Origin: Gemmatimonadaceae bacterium
Lineage (GTDB): Bacteria > Gemmatimonadota > Gemmatimonadetes > Gemmatimonadales > Gemmatimonadaceae
Assembly: GCA_051859245.1 (NCBI GenBank)
Contig: JBHYGA010000001.1
Coordinates: forward strand, 1,469,722 to 1,533,721
Length of the DNA stretch: 64,000 nucleotides
Reading direction: 5' to 3'
The notes under the pieces are model-generated. The model was not told the origin of the DNA and did not search any database. It saw only the letters and a program-made list of their open reading frames with translations. Within the stretch, counting starts at the first letter, position 1. Each line of letters opens with the position of its first letter. Shown piece by piece: positions 18,009 to 27,546 of the stretch. A program made the translations under genes and the position numbers.

Positions 18009-19313
18009 ATTTCCAAGGACACGATTTCCCTCGCGCTTCCGGTTGAAAAGGCGATCCTCGTTGGCGCGCCGCGCAAACGTGGTACCGATCGGTTGCACGT
18101 CGACGAGCACCTGGCTGAACTCGCGCGACTGGTCGACACCGCTGGCGCAGAAGTGGTGGGTCGACTCACGCAGATCATTGATACGCCGCACCCGGGCACT
18201 TATCTCGGCAAGGGCAAGATCGACGAGTTGACGATTCGCATTGGCGAGATCGGCGCCACGCTCATTGTGTTTGACGACGAGTTGTCGCCCGCGCAGGCGC
18301 GCAATATCGAGGTGGCCACGAATACGCGCGTCATGGATCGCGCCGAGCTTATTCTCGACATTTTCGCCACGCGTGCGCGATCCGCCGAAGCCAAGTTGCA
18401 GGTTGAACTCGCGCAGCTCGAGTACACGCTGCCGCGACTCACGCGCATGTGGACCCACCTTGATACCATGAAGGGTGGTATCGGTATGCGTGGTCCCGGC
18501 GAAACGCAGCTGGAGACTGACCGTCGACTGATTCAGCACCGCATCAAGGTGATCAAGGAGCGGCTGCTCGACGTGGAGCGCGCCCGCGAAGTGCAGCGTC
18601 AGCAACGAAAATCGCAATTCAAGGTGGCGCTGGTCGGCTATACGAATGCGGGCAAGTCGAGCATTCTTCGCGCGATGGCGAACGACCAGGAAGTGTTTGT
18701 GGAAGACCGACTGTTTGCCACGCTCGATCCGCTCACGCGCGAGATTGATGTGGGAGATGGGTACACGGTGTTGCTCACCGACACGGTCGGATTCATTCGC
18801 AAACTGCCTCACCATCTGGTTGCGTCATTTCGCGCCACGTTGGCAGAAGCGCGCGAAGCCGAACTACTGTTGCATGTGGTTGATGCGAGTCATCCGGCGT
18901 GGGAAGAACACCGCGACGTCGTAGACGACGTCCTCGCCGAGCTTGGGTTACAGGCGCGACCCACACGACTCGTATGCAACAAAATGGACTTGCTGCCCCC
19001 TGACGAACGCGAGGGCTTTCTTGAGCGGGTACACAATCTCGTGCCCGATGCACTGTTTGTGTCGGCGCACGAACCCGGTGGGCTCGAATCGCTTCGCGCC
19101 GAGCTCGTGTCGGCAATCCGCCGGCAGCGTCCAATCGTTGAAGTACGACTGGCGGCGCATCAGGGGGCGGTGCTGGCCACACTCCACCGGGATGGTGAAG
19201 TGTTGGACCAGAAGTCGGATGGCTCCGACATGCTGATCACCGTGCGCGTTGACGAAATCCTGGCTGGACGTTTGCGCCAGGCGGGCGTTGAATTGCAAAG
19301 CGCGGGTGGATAG
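18009..19313 (+). CDS. hflX: GTPase HflX; probable ATT start
   Basis: EKAILVG lies upstream of the called TTG; GPGETQLETDRR, GYTNAGKS, LFATLD, DTVGF and NKMD motifs; GGAG 7 nt before ATT 18009. Confidence 0.95.
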   Translation: MSKDTISLALPVEKAILVGAPRKRGTDRLHVDEHLAELARLVDTAGAEVVGRLTQIIDTPHPGTYLGKGKIDELTIRIGEIGATLIVFDDELSPAQARNIEVATNTRVMDRAELILDIFATRARSAEAKLQVELAQLEYTLPRLTRMWTHLDTMKGGIGMRGPGETQLETDRRLIQHRIKVIKERLLDVERAREVQRQQRKSQFKVALVGYTNAGKSSILRAMANDQEVFVEDRLFATLDPLTREIDVGDGYTVLLTDTVGFIRKLPHHLVASFRATLAEAREAELLLHVVDASHPAWEEHRDVVDDVLAELGLQARPTRLVCNKMDLLPPDEREGFLERVHNLVPDALFVSAHEPGGLESLRAELVSAIRRQRPIVEVRLAAHQGAVLATLHRDGEVLDQKSDGSDMLITVRVDEILAGRLRQAGVELQSAGG

Positions 19314-19333
19314 CCGAAGCATCCACCCGCGCT
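19299..19333. terminator. Perfect 13-bp inverted repeat between convergent hflX and tRNA-Val
   Basis: agcgcgggtggat-N9-atccacccgcgct. Confidence 0.6.
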
Positions 19334-19352
19334 GGTCACTCAATACTCTATA

Positions 19353-19426
19353 TGGGCGTGCAGGGACTCGAACCCCGGACCTCTGCTGTGTGAAAGCAGC
19401 GCTCTAACCAGCTGAGCTACACGCCC
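19353..19426 (-). tRNA. tRNA-Val(CAC); CCA not encoded
   Basis: Reverse complement GGGCGTGTAGCTCAGCTGGTTAGAGCGCTGCT-TTCACAC-AGCAGAGGTCCGGGGTTCGAGTCCCTGCACGCCCA folds as a cloverleaf. Confidence 0.97.
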
Positions 19427-19527
19427 TTTTGCCGGGGAGGCCCGGCCGAACCGTAGAGTAAACGAGTGGGCGAACGTGCGCCAGTGGGCCAATGCATTCG
19501 GCCCGCTGGCGCTTCACACATGCAGCC

Positions 19528-22257
19528 TTACGGTCGCGGAACCCGAGCACTTTCCATGCGGTCGAGCAGGGCGCCGAGGTTCTTGATTTCCTCCCCGTAG
19601 CGGGCCCAATCGCCTTCGCGCTGCGCGTCGATGGCGGCCTGATACGCGCGACGTGCCTCAACAACAATGGCCTGAACGCTCGCGTCTGGCGCGGTCGTCA
19701 CGGCGGGTGCCTCGGCGCCAACATCCACAACGGTTGGTGGCGCCACATCGCCGGACTGTCCGAACAGCGCGGCCAGCGCGGCGTCAAACGTTTCGCGCAT
19801 CACCACCTGATTTTCGTACGCCACAACCACGCGCTTCAGCTCGGGAATGCGACCGCCTTCGGCCTGCAGATAGATCGGTTGCACATACAGCAGCGAGGAC
19901 TCCACGGGGATCACAAGCAGATCACCCTTGATGACTTCAGAACCACGCTGGTCCCACAACGACACCTGACGCGAAATCTCAGTGTCCTGACTGATGCGAT
20001 TTTCAATCTGCCGCGGGCCATACACGAGGCTCTGCCGCGGGAACTGGTACACGCGCAGCTTACCGTAGTTGGCGCCGTCGTTACGTGCGACCATCCACGC
20101 CGCAAGATTGTCCTTGCCACGCGGCGTAAATGGCGCCATGTAAATAAACTCAGCGTCTTTCTCGTCGGGCAGGCGCATGATGATGTGGCGCATGAACGGC
20201 ACCGAGCCATCAGTGCGCTCCACCACCGGAATCTGCCACTGGTCTTCGCGGTTGTAGAACTCCTCGGGCGTATCCATGTGATACGTGGTGTACAACGCCG
20301 ATTGCAAACGGAACAGATCGTCCGGATATCGAACATGTGCGAACAGATCCTTCGGCATCGCCGAGATCGGCTTCACAACGCCCGGGAAAACCTTGTTCCA
20401 CGCTTGCAGAATCGGATCGTTGGGCAGCGCCGCATACGGCGTCATGCTGCCGTTGTATGCGTCAATCACAACTTTCACGCTATTGCGCATGTAGCTCGTG
20501 CCTTCGGGCGTGCGGAACGAGTACGGATACCGCGTTGTGGTGGTGAACGCGTCCTGAATCCAGTGCAGCGTGCCGTCGTCTGCGATCACGATGTAGGGAT
20601 CGCGATCGAAGGTGAGGAATGGCAACGCCTTTCGCACCCGCTCACCAATGGTGCGATTGTACAGAATCCGGCTCTCCGACGTGATGTCGCCCGACAGCAG
20701 AATCTTGCTTGAGCCAAAGTGCAGGGCGAGCAAGGAACGTCGCAGCAGACCGCCCACCGGAACGCCACCACTGCCGGTGTACGCGCGGAAGACATTCGCT
20801 TCACCCGACGGGTAGTCGAACTCCTTCTGGTTGGTATTCACGAACACGTGCGACGTGGTCAACTCGCCAAAATACATTTGCGGACGCGTCACCTTGAGCG
20901 ATCCTGTGGTACGCGGCGGCAGGTCTTGCACGAACAGCACGGGCAAACCTTCAGCCGTGACTTCATTGACCGGGCTCATGGTGAGCCCCATGCCGTGCGT
21001 GAACGTGAGATGCTCGTTGATGAACGTGCGCGTTGGCAGCGATGATGCGTTCAGTTCGCGGGGAGACAACAGCACCTGGCGATACTTGCCATCAATCCAG
21101 TACCGGTCGTCGTCGACTGAAACAAAGTCGTAGTACGTGCGGATTTCCTGCAGCTGCTTGAAGGTGCGCAGCAATGGCGCTCGATCCCACAGCCGCACAT
21201 TTTCAAACGTCGGGCCGTTGTTGGCAATATCCGCAGACGTCAGTCGCGCTTCGCTCGTGAGATCGCGCACTTCAACGCTGTCGAGCGACCAGGCTTTGCG
21301 TGTGGCGTCGATGTGCGCCGTCAGGTACGGCGATTCTTTGGTGAGCTCCGTTGGTGCAACCACGAACTTCTGCACCAGACTCGGCACAATTCCGCGACCA
21401 AGAACGCCAACCACTGCGTAACTGCCAACGGCGAGGAACGCGTACCATCCAAGCTGCTTGCGCAGCGCACCGATGGTCACCAGCACCAAACCAATCAGTG
21501 CGACGATGGCGGAAAGCCGGATCGCCGGTAACGACGCTTTCAGATCGGCATAACTCGCACCAACGAGCGGGCCCGTTGAGGAGTAGAGCAGCTGCGCGCT
21601 GTCCACAAACCAGAGCTCAACCGCCGAAAGTAAAAACCACACGCCAAGCAGCACGCCAAGATGGCGGCCGGCCGTGGGCTCAATGCGCAAACCACGCGCC
21701 AGCAGCACGATGTCGCCGCGAAAGAAGTACACGGGCACGAGCATGATCAGCGTGAGCGTGACCAGGCTGCGCAACACGCCCAGCGCACCGGAAAGGGCGG
21801 GCAGTGTAAACACGTACCACCCGATATCACGCGCGAAGACGGGATCCGACGTGCCAAACGACGTCCGGCTGAAGAACAGCAGCAGCGTATCCCAGAACGC
21901 GGTGGCGCCGAGCGCGATCATGAGGCTCAGCACGATCACCACGGGTCGGGTAAACTTGCGAAGCATGCCCGTCAGGTCGACGGTCTGCATCGCGTCGCCA
22001 ATACGCACCAGAACCGGCTCCGGCACCGCCCCGCGTTGGGCGAACGAGAGATTGCCCGCAAAAAACAACGACGCGACCGTACCAACGGCCGTGAACAACG
22101 CCAACTTGGTGAAGAGCGTTTTAGTGAAGACGGTGGTGAATCCAACTTCCTGAAACCACCAGAAGTCGATCAGCAGCCGGCTCAGCGTGGGCAACAGAAA
22201 AATCGCGAGTGGAACCGCGAGTAACAACAGAATGCGTGGGAACTTGGCGCTCGGCAC
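19528..22257 (-). CDS. UPF0182 family membrane protein
   Basis: N-terminal TM helices (WWFQEVGF..VF); NVRLWD, DDDRY, FTHG, YMRNSVK and YVQPIYL motifs. Confidence 0.92.
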   Translation of the reverse strand: MPSAKFPRILLLLAVPLAIFLLPTLSRLLIDFWWFQEVGFTTVFTKTLFTKLALFTAVGTVASLFFAGNLSFAQRGAVPEPVLVRIGDAMQTVDLTGMLRKFTRPVVIVLSLMIALGATAFWDTLLLFFSRTSFGTSDPVFARDIGWYVFTLPALSGALGVLRSLVTLTLIMLVPVYFFRGDIVLLARGLRIEPTAGRHLGVLLGVWFLLSAVELWFVDSAQLLYSSTGPLVGASYADLKASLPAIRLSAIVALIGLVLVTIGALRKQLGWYAFLAVGSYAVVGVLGRGIVPSLVQKFVVAPTELTKESPYLTAHIDATRKAWSLDSVEVRDLTSEARLTSADIANNGPTFENVRLWDRAPLLRTFKQLQEIRTYYDFVSVDDDRYWIDGKYRQVLLSPRELNASSLPTRTFINEHLTFTHGMGLTMSPVNEVTAEGLPVLFVQDLPPRTTGSLKVTRPQMYFGELTTSHVFVNTNQKEFDYPSGEANVFRAYTGSGGVPVGGLLRRSLLALHFGSSKILLSGDITSESRILYNRTIGERVRKALPFLTFDRDPYIVIADDGTLHWIQDAFTTTTRYPYSFRTPEGTSYMRNSVKVVIDAYNGSMTPYAALPNDPILQAWNKVFPGVVKPISAMPKDLFAHVRYPDDLFRLQSALYTTYHMDTPEEFYNREDQWQIPVVERTDGSVPFMRHIIMRLPDEKDAEFIYMAPFTPRGKDNLAAWMVARNDGANYGKLRVYQFPRQSLVYGPRQIENRISQDTEISRQVSLWDQRGSEVIKGDLLVIPVESSLLYVQPIYLQAEGGRIPELKRVVVAYENQVVMRETFDAALAALFGQSGDVAPPTVVDVGAEAPAVTTAPDASVQAIVVEARRAYQAAIDAQREGDWARYGEEIKNLGALLDRMESARVPRP

Positions 22258-22374
22258 GTCAGACCTCGACAGGACTATTGAGAAGCGGATAGATCCGGTC
22301 CCTCACCAGGAGCAGCGACCTGTAGCAAGTTAATCCGTTGCACGGCAGCGGAGTCGCTGTTTCGCCGATTCGCA

Positions 22375-22390
22375 TGGCATCCGTAATGCT
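22375..22390 (+). promoter_or_regulatory. Putative sigma54 (-24/-12) promoter of the cyanophycinase
   Basis: TGGCAT-ccgta-ATGCT versus consensus TGGCAC-N5-TTGCW; exact GG-N10-GC spacing; 21 nt before the ATG. Confidence 0.5.
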
Positions 22391-22411
22391 GTTTCCTCTC
22401 CCAACACGCCC

Positions 22412-23335
22412 ATGAACTCCTCAGCTCGTACGTATCTTGTCTCGGCGCTCGCCACACGTTGTACGTACGCCATCATCGCGGTGCTCCTCGCGAGCGCGGT
22501 GGCGCTCACCCCGGTAAAGGCCCAGCGTGGAGCGCTCTATATTGTGGGCGGCGGTCCACAAACGCCGGCTATGGTTGAAGAGTTTGTCGCGCTTGCCGGT
22601 GGCGCCGGAAAGGCGCGGATTGTGGTCATGGCGATGGCCTCGGCGAGCGGCGAACGCAGCGGCGAAGCCAAAGCGAACGACCTGCGAAAGCTAGGCGCCA
22701 CGGCACAGAACGTGTGGCTCACGCGTGAGCAGGCGAATCTCGACAGCGTGGTTCGCCTGCTTGATGGTGCAACCGGCGTGTGGTTCGGTGGTGGCGATCA
22801 GAATCGGCTCGCCAACGTTCTTCGAGGCACGGCTGTGGAGCGCGCGATCAAAGCACGCCACGCGGCCGGTGCGGTGGTGGGCGGTACAAGCGCCGGTGCG
22901 GCGGTGCTTTCAGCGCGAATGATTACCGGCAGTGAGCGGAAACTCGGCGGCGATCGTCCGCCCAGTGACAGCAGCGAAGCGTACATCACCATTGATCGGA
23001 ACAACGTGATCACAAGCGACGGTTTTGCGCTGGTCGATAACGCCGTGATCGATCAACACTTCGTGCGTCGCAAACGACACAATCGCCTCATGAGCCTTGT
23101 GCTTGAAGCGCCGCCGCATCTCGGCGTGGGGATTGATGAGTCGACCGCGCTGGTCATCGAAGGCAACGGCACGTGGCGCGTATCGGGGCGCAGCGTCGTG
23201 GTGATTTACGACGCGCGTTCGGCCGAAAAAACCACCAATGACGCGAAAGTACTCGGCGCCTCAGGAGTGACGATGCACGTGTTGCCCGCGGGTGCTACCT
23301 TCGATCCGAACACGCGAGCCGTAAAGCTGCCGTAG
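22412..23335 (+). CDS. cphB: Cyanophycinase (peptidase S51) with signal peptide
   Basis: IVGGG, FGGGDQ, GTSAGA (catalytic Ser), IDQHF and GIDEST motifs; N-terminal hydrophobic signal ending VKA-Q. Confidence 0.88.
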   Translation: MNSSARTYLVSALATRCTYAIIAVLLASAVALTPVKAQRGALYIVGGGPQTPAMVEEFVALAGGAGKARIVVMAMASASGERSGEAKANDLRKLGATAQNVWLTREQANLDSVVRLLDGATGVWFGGGDQNRLANVLRGTAVERAIKARHAAGAVVGGTSAGAAVLSARMITGSERKLGGDRPPSDSSEAYITIDRNNVITSDGFALVDNAVIDQHFVRRKRHNRLMSLVLEAPPHLGVGIDESTALVIEGNGTWRVSGRSVVVIYDARSAEKTTNDAKVLGASGVTMHVLPAGATFDPNTRAVKLP

Positions 23336-23344
23336 CTCGTGCAG

Positions 23345-23380
23345 GCGAGGGGCGACTCTACAACGAGTCGCCCACCTCGC
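23345..23380. terminator. Hairpin between convergent cyanophycinase and fabF
   Basis: gcgaggggcgactc-N6-gagtcgcccacctcgc. Confidence 0.5.
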
Positions 23381-24638
23381 GCGCTGCGAAAATCGCGGCT
23401 GTGTTGTGTCCGCCAAATCCAAAGGCGTTGCTCAACGCGACAAGCACGGAGCGCTGCTCCGCCACATTGGCCGCCACGCGCACGTTGCACGCCGGATCCA
23501 CATTCTGCAGGTTGATCACGGGCGGCACCACGTTGTCCACGATACTGAGAATCGAGAACAGCGCTTCGACCGCGCCTGCCGCACCGAGCATGTGGCCCGT
23601 CATGCTCTTCGTCGCGGTAGACGTTGCAACGTCTGCGTGATCACCAAACACCGCGCGTACCGCACTGCACTCCGCCACGTCGCCAAGTCCGGTGCTCGTG
23701 GCGTGCATGTTGATGGTATCAACATCGGTCGGCGAAATGCGCGCTTCTGCGAACGCGCCTTCCATGGCGAGTCGCGCGCCGATCCCTTCTGGATGTGGCG
23801 CCGTGAGATGATGCGCGTCGCACGCCGCACCTACGGCGAGCACTTCAGCGTAGATCGTTGCCCCGCGTGACTCCGCGGATTCCAACGACTCGAGCACGAG
23901 CACGCCCGCACCTTCGCCGAGCACAAAGCCGTCGCGATCTACATCAAACGGACGGCTAGCGCGCGTTGGTTCATCATTGCGCGTTGACAGCGCACGCGCG
24001 GCGCCGAATCCGCCAACACCGAGCGGCGTCACGGCACACTCGGCACCGCCCGCGAGAATGATGTCAGCGCGATTCGCACGGATCGAGTCGAGTGCGCTCA
24101 TGATGCAATCGTTCCCTGTGGCACACGCCGAGACAACCGCGTGATTGGGTCCGCGAAGGCCGTGCTGCATGGCCACCCACGCTCCAGCAATGTCGGGGAT
24201 GATCATCGGCACGAAAAACGGCGACAGGCGACCGGGTCCGCTGGTGTGCCATGTGACGGCCTGGTTCTGGAAAGTTTCCATGCCGCCTTGTCCGCTGCCA
24301 ATGATCACGCCGATGCGTGCGCGCTGCGCATCGGTGAGCGTACTCGTGTCGAGACCGGCGTGCGCGATCGCTTCGTTCGCGGCAGCAACTGCGTAGTGCG
24401 CGTACACGTCCATGCGCTTTGCCAGTTTGCGATCGACATAGTTCAGCGCGTCGAAGCCCTTGAGCTCGCAGGCAAAGCGCGTGGTCTGGTCGGATGCATC
24501 AAATCGAGTGATGGGCGCGGCACCGCTCACGCCGCGCAAGGCTGCCTCCCACGTGGACGCAGCGGAGAGACCGAGCGGCGTCACCGCGCCGTAACCAGTT
24601 ACCACTACGCGGCGCGTAGTATGTCGCGATGAAGACAT
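23358..24638 (-). CDS. fabF: 3-oxoacyl-ACP synthase II
   Basis: RRVVVTG, SACATG (Cys), HATST, KSMTGH and SNAFGFGGHN motifs. Confidence 0.95.
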   Translation of the reverse strand: MSSSRHTTRRVVVTGYGAVTPLGLSAASTWEAALRGVSGAAPITRFDASDQTTRFACELKGFDALNYVDRKLAKRMDVYAHYAVAAANEAIAHAGLDTSTLTDAQRARIGVIIGSGQGGMETFQNQAVTWHTSGPGRLSPFFVPMIIPDIAGAWVAMQHGLRGPNHAVVSACATGNDCIMSALDSIRANRADIILAGGAECAVTPLGVGGFGAARALSTRNDEPTRASRPFDVDRDGFVLGEGAGVLVLESLESAESRGATIYAEVLAVGAACDAHHLTAPHPEGIGARLAMEGAFAEARISPTDVDTINMHATSTGLGDVAECSAVRAVFGDHADVATSTATKSMTGHMLGAAGAVEALFSILSIVDNVVPPVINLQNVDPACNVRVAANVAEQRSVLVALSNAFGFGGHNTAAIFAAREVGDSL

Positions 24639-24713
24639 GCGCAAACGCTGAAGAACACTGAGACGCGCGGCGAGTAGGGCCGCCAAATGACGTCCGCTGT
24701 GCCGCACTGCGAA

Positions 24714-24787
24714 TGGGGGCGGTGGGGCTCGAACCCACGCCTTCCAGTTTATGAGACCGGCGCTCTAACCACCTGAGCTACACCCCC
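24714..24787 (-). tRNA. tRNA with CAT anticodon (elongator Met or Ile2, not initiator); CCA not encoded
   Basis: Reverse complement GGGGGTGTAGCTCAGGTGGTTAGAGCGCCGGT-CTCATAA-ACTGGAAGGCGTGGGTTCGAGCCCCACCGCCCCCA; no GGG/CCC anticodon stem. Confidence 0.95.
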
Positions 24788-24874
24788 GGAATGGCCGTGG
24801 CCACTCACGTGCACAACATACTCGCGGCGCCCGGTGAGTTCCATAAGAACGAACAGCACCCGACGCCCGGTTTC

Positions 24875-25552
24875 CTAACGATTCAACGGCAAGCTCAGCA
24901 TCACCGATTGGCCACGGCTGCGCGCTTCAGACCCGTCGTTCGGCAGTTGGCTGAGCCCTTCGTGATGCCTGAGCACGAGCGCGATTCCGCTGAAGCGCGC
25001 GCTGGCCAGCCGAAGCCCAAGCACTGCCGACGCTTCATACCGTTTCGTGCTCAACGTGCCCGCGGGCCGCGAGGTCGCGCGATCAAAGATCACGCTTTCG
25101 CGAAGATAGCCAAGCGAAGCACCCGCGTCGAGCGAGGGACAGACACTCACAACGCAGCGCCCAACGGCCGTCACGCCCAGAGTGCCATCCCAGTACCGAC
25201 TGCGCAGCTCAAGATCCTCATTCCCGCTCGAGACCGTGGCACCGCGTCGGGCGGTCCCAAGCTCGACAAATCCAACCATTGGGCCGGCGATGATGCGACT
25301 CACGCGCAAGTTCGACGGGAAGCCGCGGCTTCGTCCGAACTCGTCCGTGTCATCAGACGGAGAGACATCCACGATCGTGGAGAAGGCGATGCCGGTCTGC
25401 AGATAAAAACGCCAACCTTCTGGCAGCGGGTTAAATGATTGCGCGCTCGCGGTTGATGGTGCAGTCGCCGAGGCAATCAGCAATGCAGCGCACGCAGTGC
25501 GGAGTGTGCGCGCAAGCACGAGAGGTGTTCGCCAGCTGAGTGAATCGTGCAA
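24875..25552 (-). CDS. Hypothetical secreted / outer-membrane beta-barrel-like protein
   Basis: Signal-like segment ending ASA-Q; alternating hydrophobic strands; C-terminal VMLSLPL. Confidence 0.6.
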   Translation of the reverse strand: MHDSLSWRTPLVLARTLRTACAALLIASATAPSTASAQSFNPLPEGWRFYLQTGIAFSTIVDVSPSDDTDEFGRSRGFPSNLRVSRIIAGPMVGFVELGTARRGATVSSGNEDLELRSRYWDGTLGVTAVGRCVVSVCPSLDAGASLGYLRESVIFDRATSRPAGTLSTKRYEASAVLGLRLASARFSGIALVLRHHEGLSQLPNDGSEARSRGQSVMLSLPLNR

Positions 25553-25567
25553 ACCTTCGCTCCAGTG

Positions 25568-26590
25568 TCAGGTATGAATGCCGTGGTGTGCATCATAGGC
25601 GGCGAGCACCTCGTCGGCGGAAACCGTCGCAGCCCCAAGCTTTCCTACCTCCACACCGGCTGCATAGTTCGCCACGATGGCGGCTTCAATCGCCGATGCG
25701 CCGGCGCCGAGTGTCGCGGCCAGGTAGGCGGTCACCGTGTCGCCCGCGCCGACTACATCATACACCTCGCGCGCGGTCGTCGGCACGCGATGCACGGTGC
25801 CACTGGCATCCACCAATGCCATACCGCGTTCGCCGAGTGTCAGCAACAAGTACTCAACACCAAGTCGCGAAAACGTGGCCGGCAACGCTTCCGGATGCTC
25901 CAGATCAACCGCCGCGCCGAGTGCACTCTCCAGTTCACGACGGTTCGGTTTGAACACCGTCGCGCCGCGATACGCGAAGAAGTTGCGGTACTTCGGATCA
26001 ACAATGATCGGAATGCCTTTCGCGCGTGCGAGTGCAACCGCACCCTCGATCACCGCCGGCACCAGCACACCCTTGTTGTAATCTTCAAATACGAGCGCGG
26101 TGGCATCCGCAATCACGGTCTCGATCGCCGCGAGCACAGCCTTCACTTCGGCGGCCGACAAATCGGCGTCTTCTTCTTCGTCAAAGCGGACGAGCTGCTG
26201 CGCGCGCGCCATGACGCGCGTTTTTGTTGTGGTGGGACGGTCGGCCATGACTAACGCACGCGAGTTCATGCCGCCGTCCGTCAACATGTCGCGAAGGGTG
26301 CGTCCGGCGCTGTCGTCGCCAACGACCGCCACGAGATCACAGCCAGCGCCGAGCGCCGACACGTTCTGGGCCACATTGGCGGCGCCGCCGAGCGCCTGAC
26401 GCCGCTCACGGACGCGGACCACGGGAACGGGTGCTTCGGGCGAGATGCGATCCACATCGCCGCGCAAATAGAGGTCGAGCATCGCGTCACCCACAATGCA
26501 GACGTGCTGGGTAGCGGCTGCTTCGAGCAACGCCACGAGGCGGTCGCGCGCGATGAGCGGCGTGGAAACGGAGAGCTGCGCTGTGTTCAT
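25568..26590 (-). CDS. rfaE1: D-glycero-beta-D-manno-heptose-7-phosphate kinase (stand-alone HldE/RfaE domain I)
   Basis: VGDAMLD, RISPEAPVPV, GGAANVA, DYNKG, KPNRRE and DVVGAGDT motifs. Confidence 0.92.
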   Translation of the reverse strand: MNTAQLSVSTPLIARDRLVALLEAAATQHVCIVGDAMLDLYLRGDVDRISPEAPVPVVRVRERRQALGGAANVAQNVSALGAGCDLVAVVGDDSAGRTLRDMLTDGGMNSRALVMADRPTTTKTRVMARAQQLVRFDEEEDADLSAAEVKAVLAAIETVIADATALVFEDYNKGVLVPAVIEGAVALARAKGIPIIVDPKYRNFFAYRGATVFKPNRRELESALGAAVDLEHPEALPATFSRLGVEYLLLTLGERGMALVDASGTVHRVPTTAREVYDVVGAGDTVTAYLAATLGAGASAIEAAIVANYAAGVEVGKLGAATVSADEVLAAYDAHHGIHT

Positions 26591-26638
26591 GGAGAGCAAA
26601 GGTAGCGCCGCTGCAGCCGCGCGCGCATCATCCCCGGC

Positions 26639-27517
26639 GTGCAATCTCCGTCGCCGCTCCTTGTGCTCATTGGTGCCCTGCTGGGCATCTCGATCGCTGC
26701 GCCACTGATCCGGCTCAGCGACGCGCACCCCATCGCGATTGCGACGTGGCGACTGGCCATTGCGCTGGTGCCGCTCAGTTATCTCGCCTGGCGCAACAAC
26801 AGCTGGCGCGCGTGGCGAACGCTTGATGGCAAGCTGATGGCGGCCGCGCTTGGCGCCGGTGTGCTGCTGGCGCTTCACTTCTGGAGCTGGAACGCGTCGC
26901 TGCGCTACACGAGTGTGGCGGCGTCGGTGACGCTGGTCAATCTGCAGCCAATCATCATCGCCGTATTCTCAGCAAAGTTCCTGGGGGAGCAGCCGTCGCG
27001 CCGCCAGTGGCTTGGTATTCTGGTGGCCATGGCCGGTGCCATTGCCCTCGCCTGGGTGGACGCGCCAGCCGATGCCACCGGTGGCAGCAACGCGCTGCTC
27101 GGCGACGCATTGGCCGTGATCGGTGCGATCACGGCCGCCGGATATTATCTGCTCGGTCGCACCGTTCGACGCGTGCTCGATACCTGGGGCTATGTCGTGC
27201 TGGCGTACGGCGCAGCGCTGGTCACGCTGCTCCTCCTGTCCGTGCCCGCTGGCGCTCCCCTGTGGCCGCAGCCTCCCATGGAATGGGGAATCTTTGCCGG
27301 TCTTGCCGTGGGGCCCATGCTGCTCGGCCACACGGGGATGAACTGGGCGCTGGGGCGCCTGCCCGCGTACATCGTCAATCTCACCGTGCTCGGAGAGCCC
27401 GTGGGCGCCACGCTGCTAGCCGCGCTGCTGCCGTTCATTGGCGAGATCCCCGGGGTGGGGACGATCCTCTGCGGCGCCGTGGTCTTGCTGGGCGTGGTGA
27501 TCGCCGCGAGACGATAG
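26639..27517 (+). CDS. DMT/EamA family transporter
   Basis: About 10 TM helices; HFWSW..SL..TSVA, GDALA, GHT..NWAL and EPV motifs. Confidence 0.9.
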   Translation: MQSPSPLLVLIGALLGISIAAPLIRLSDAHPIAIATWRLAIALVPLSYLAWRNNSWRAWRTLDGKLMAAALGAGVLLALHFWSWNASLRYTSVAASVTLVNLQPIIIAVFSAKFLGEQPSRRQWLGILVAMAGAIALAWVDAPADATGGSNALLGDALAVIGAITAAGYYLLGRTVRRVLDTWGYVVLAYGAALVTLLLLSVPAGAPLWPQPPMEWGIFAGLAVGPMLLGHTGMNWALGRLPAYIVNLTVLGEPVGATLLAALLPFIGEIPGVGTILCGAVVLLGVVIAARR

Positions 27518-27546
27518 TTGGGGGGAGGCGGTTACCTTACAGGCCT

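Noticed and set aside
19492..20712. 406-aa plus-strand ORF
   Set aside because: Antisense to the UPF0182 gene; codon-mirror artefact
19314..24874. tRNA genes as integration sites for an island
   Set aside because: No integrase, no duplicated tRNA 3' end, and flanking genes look native
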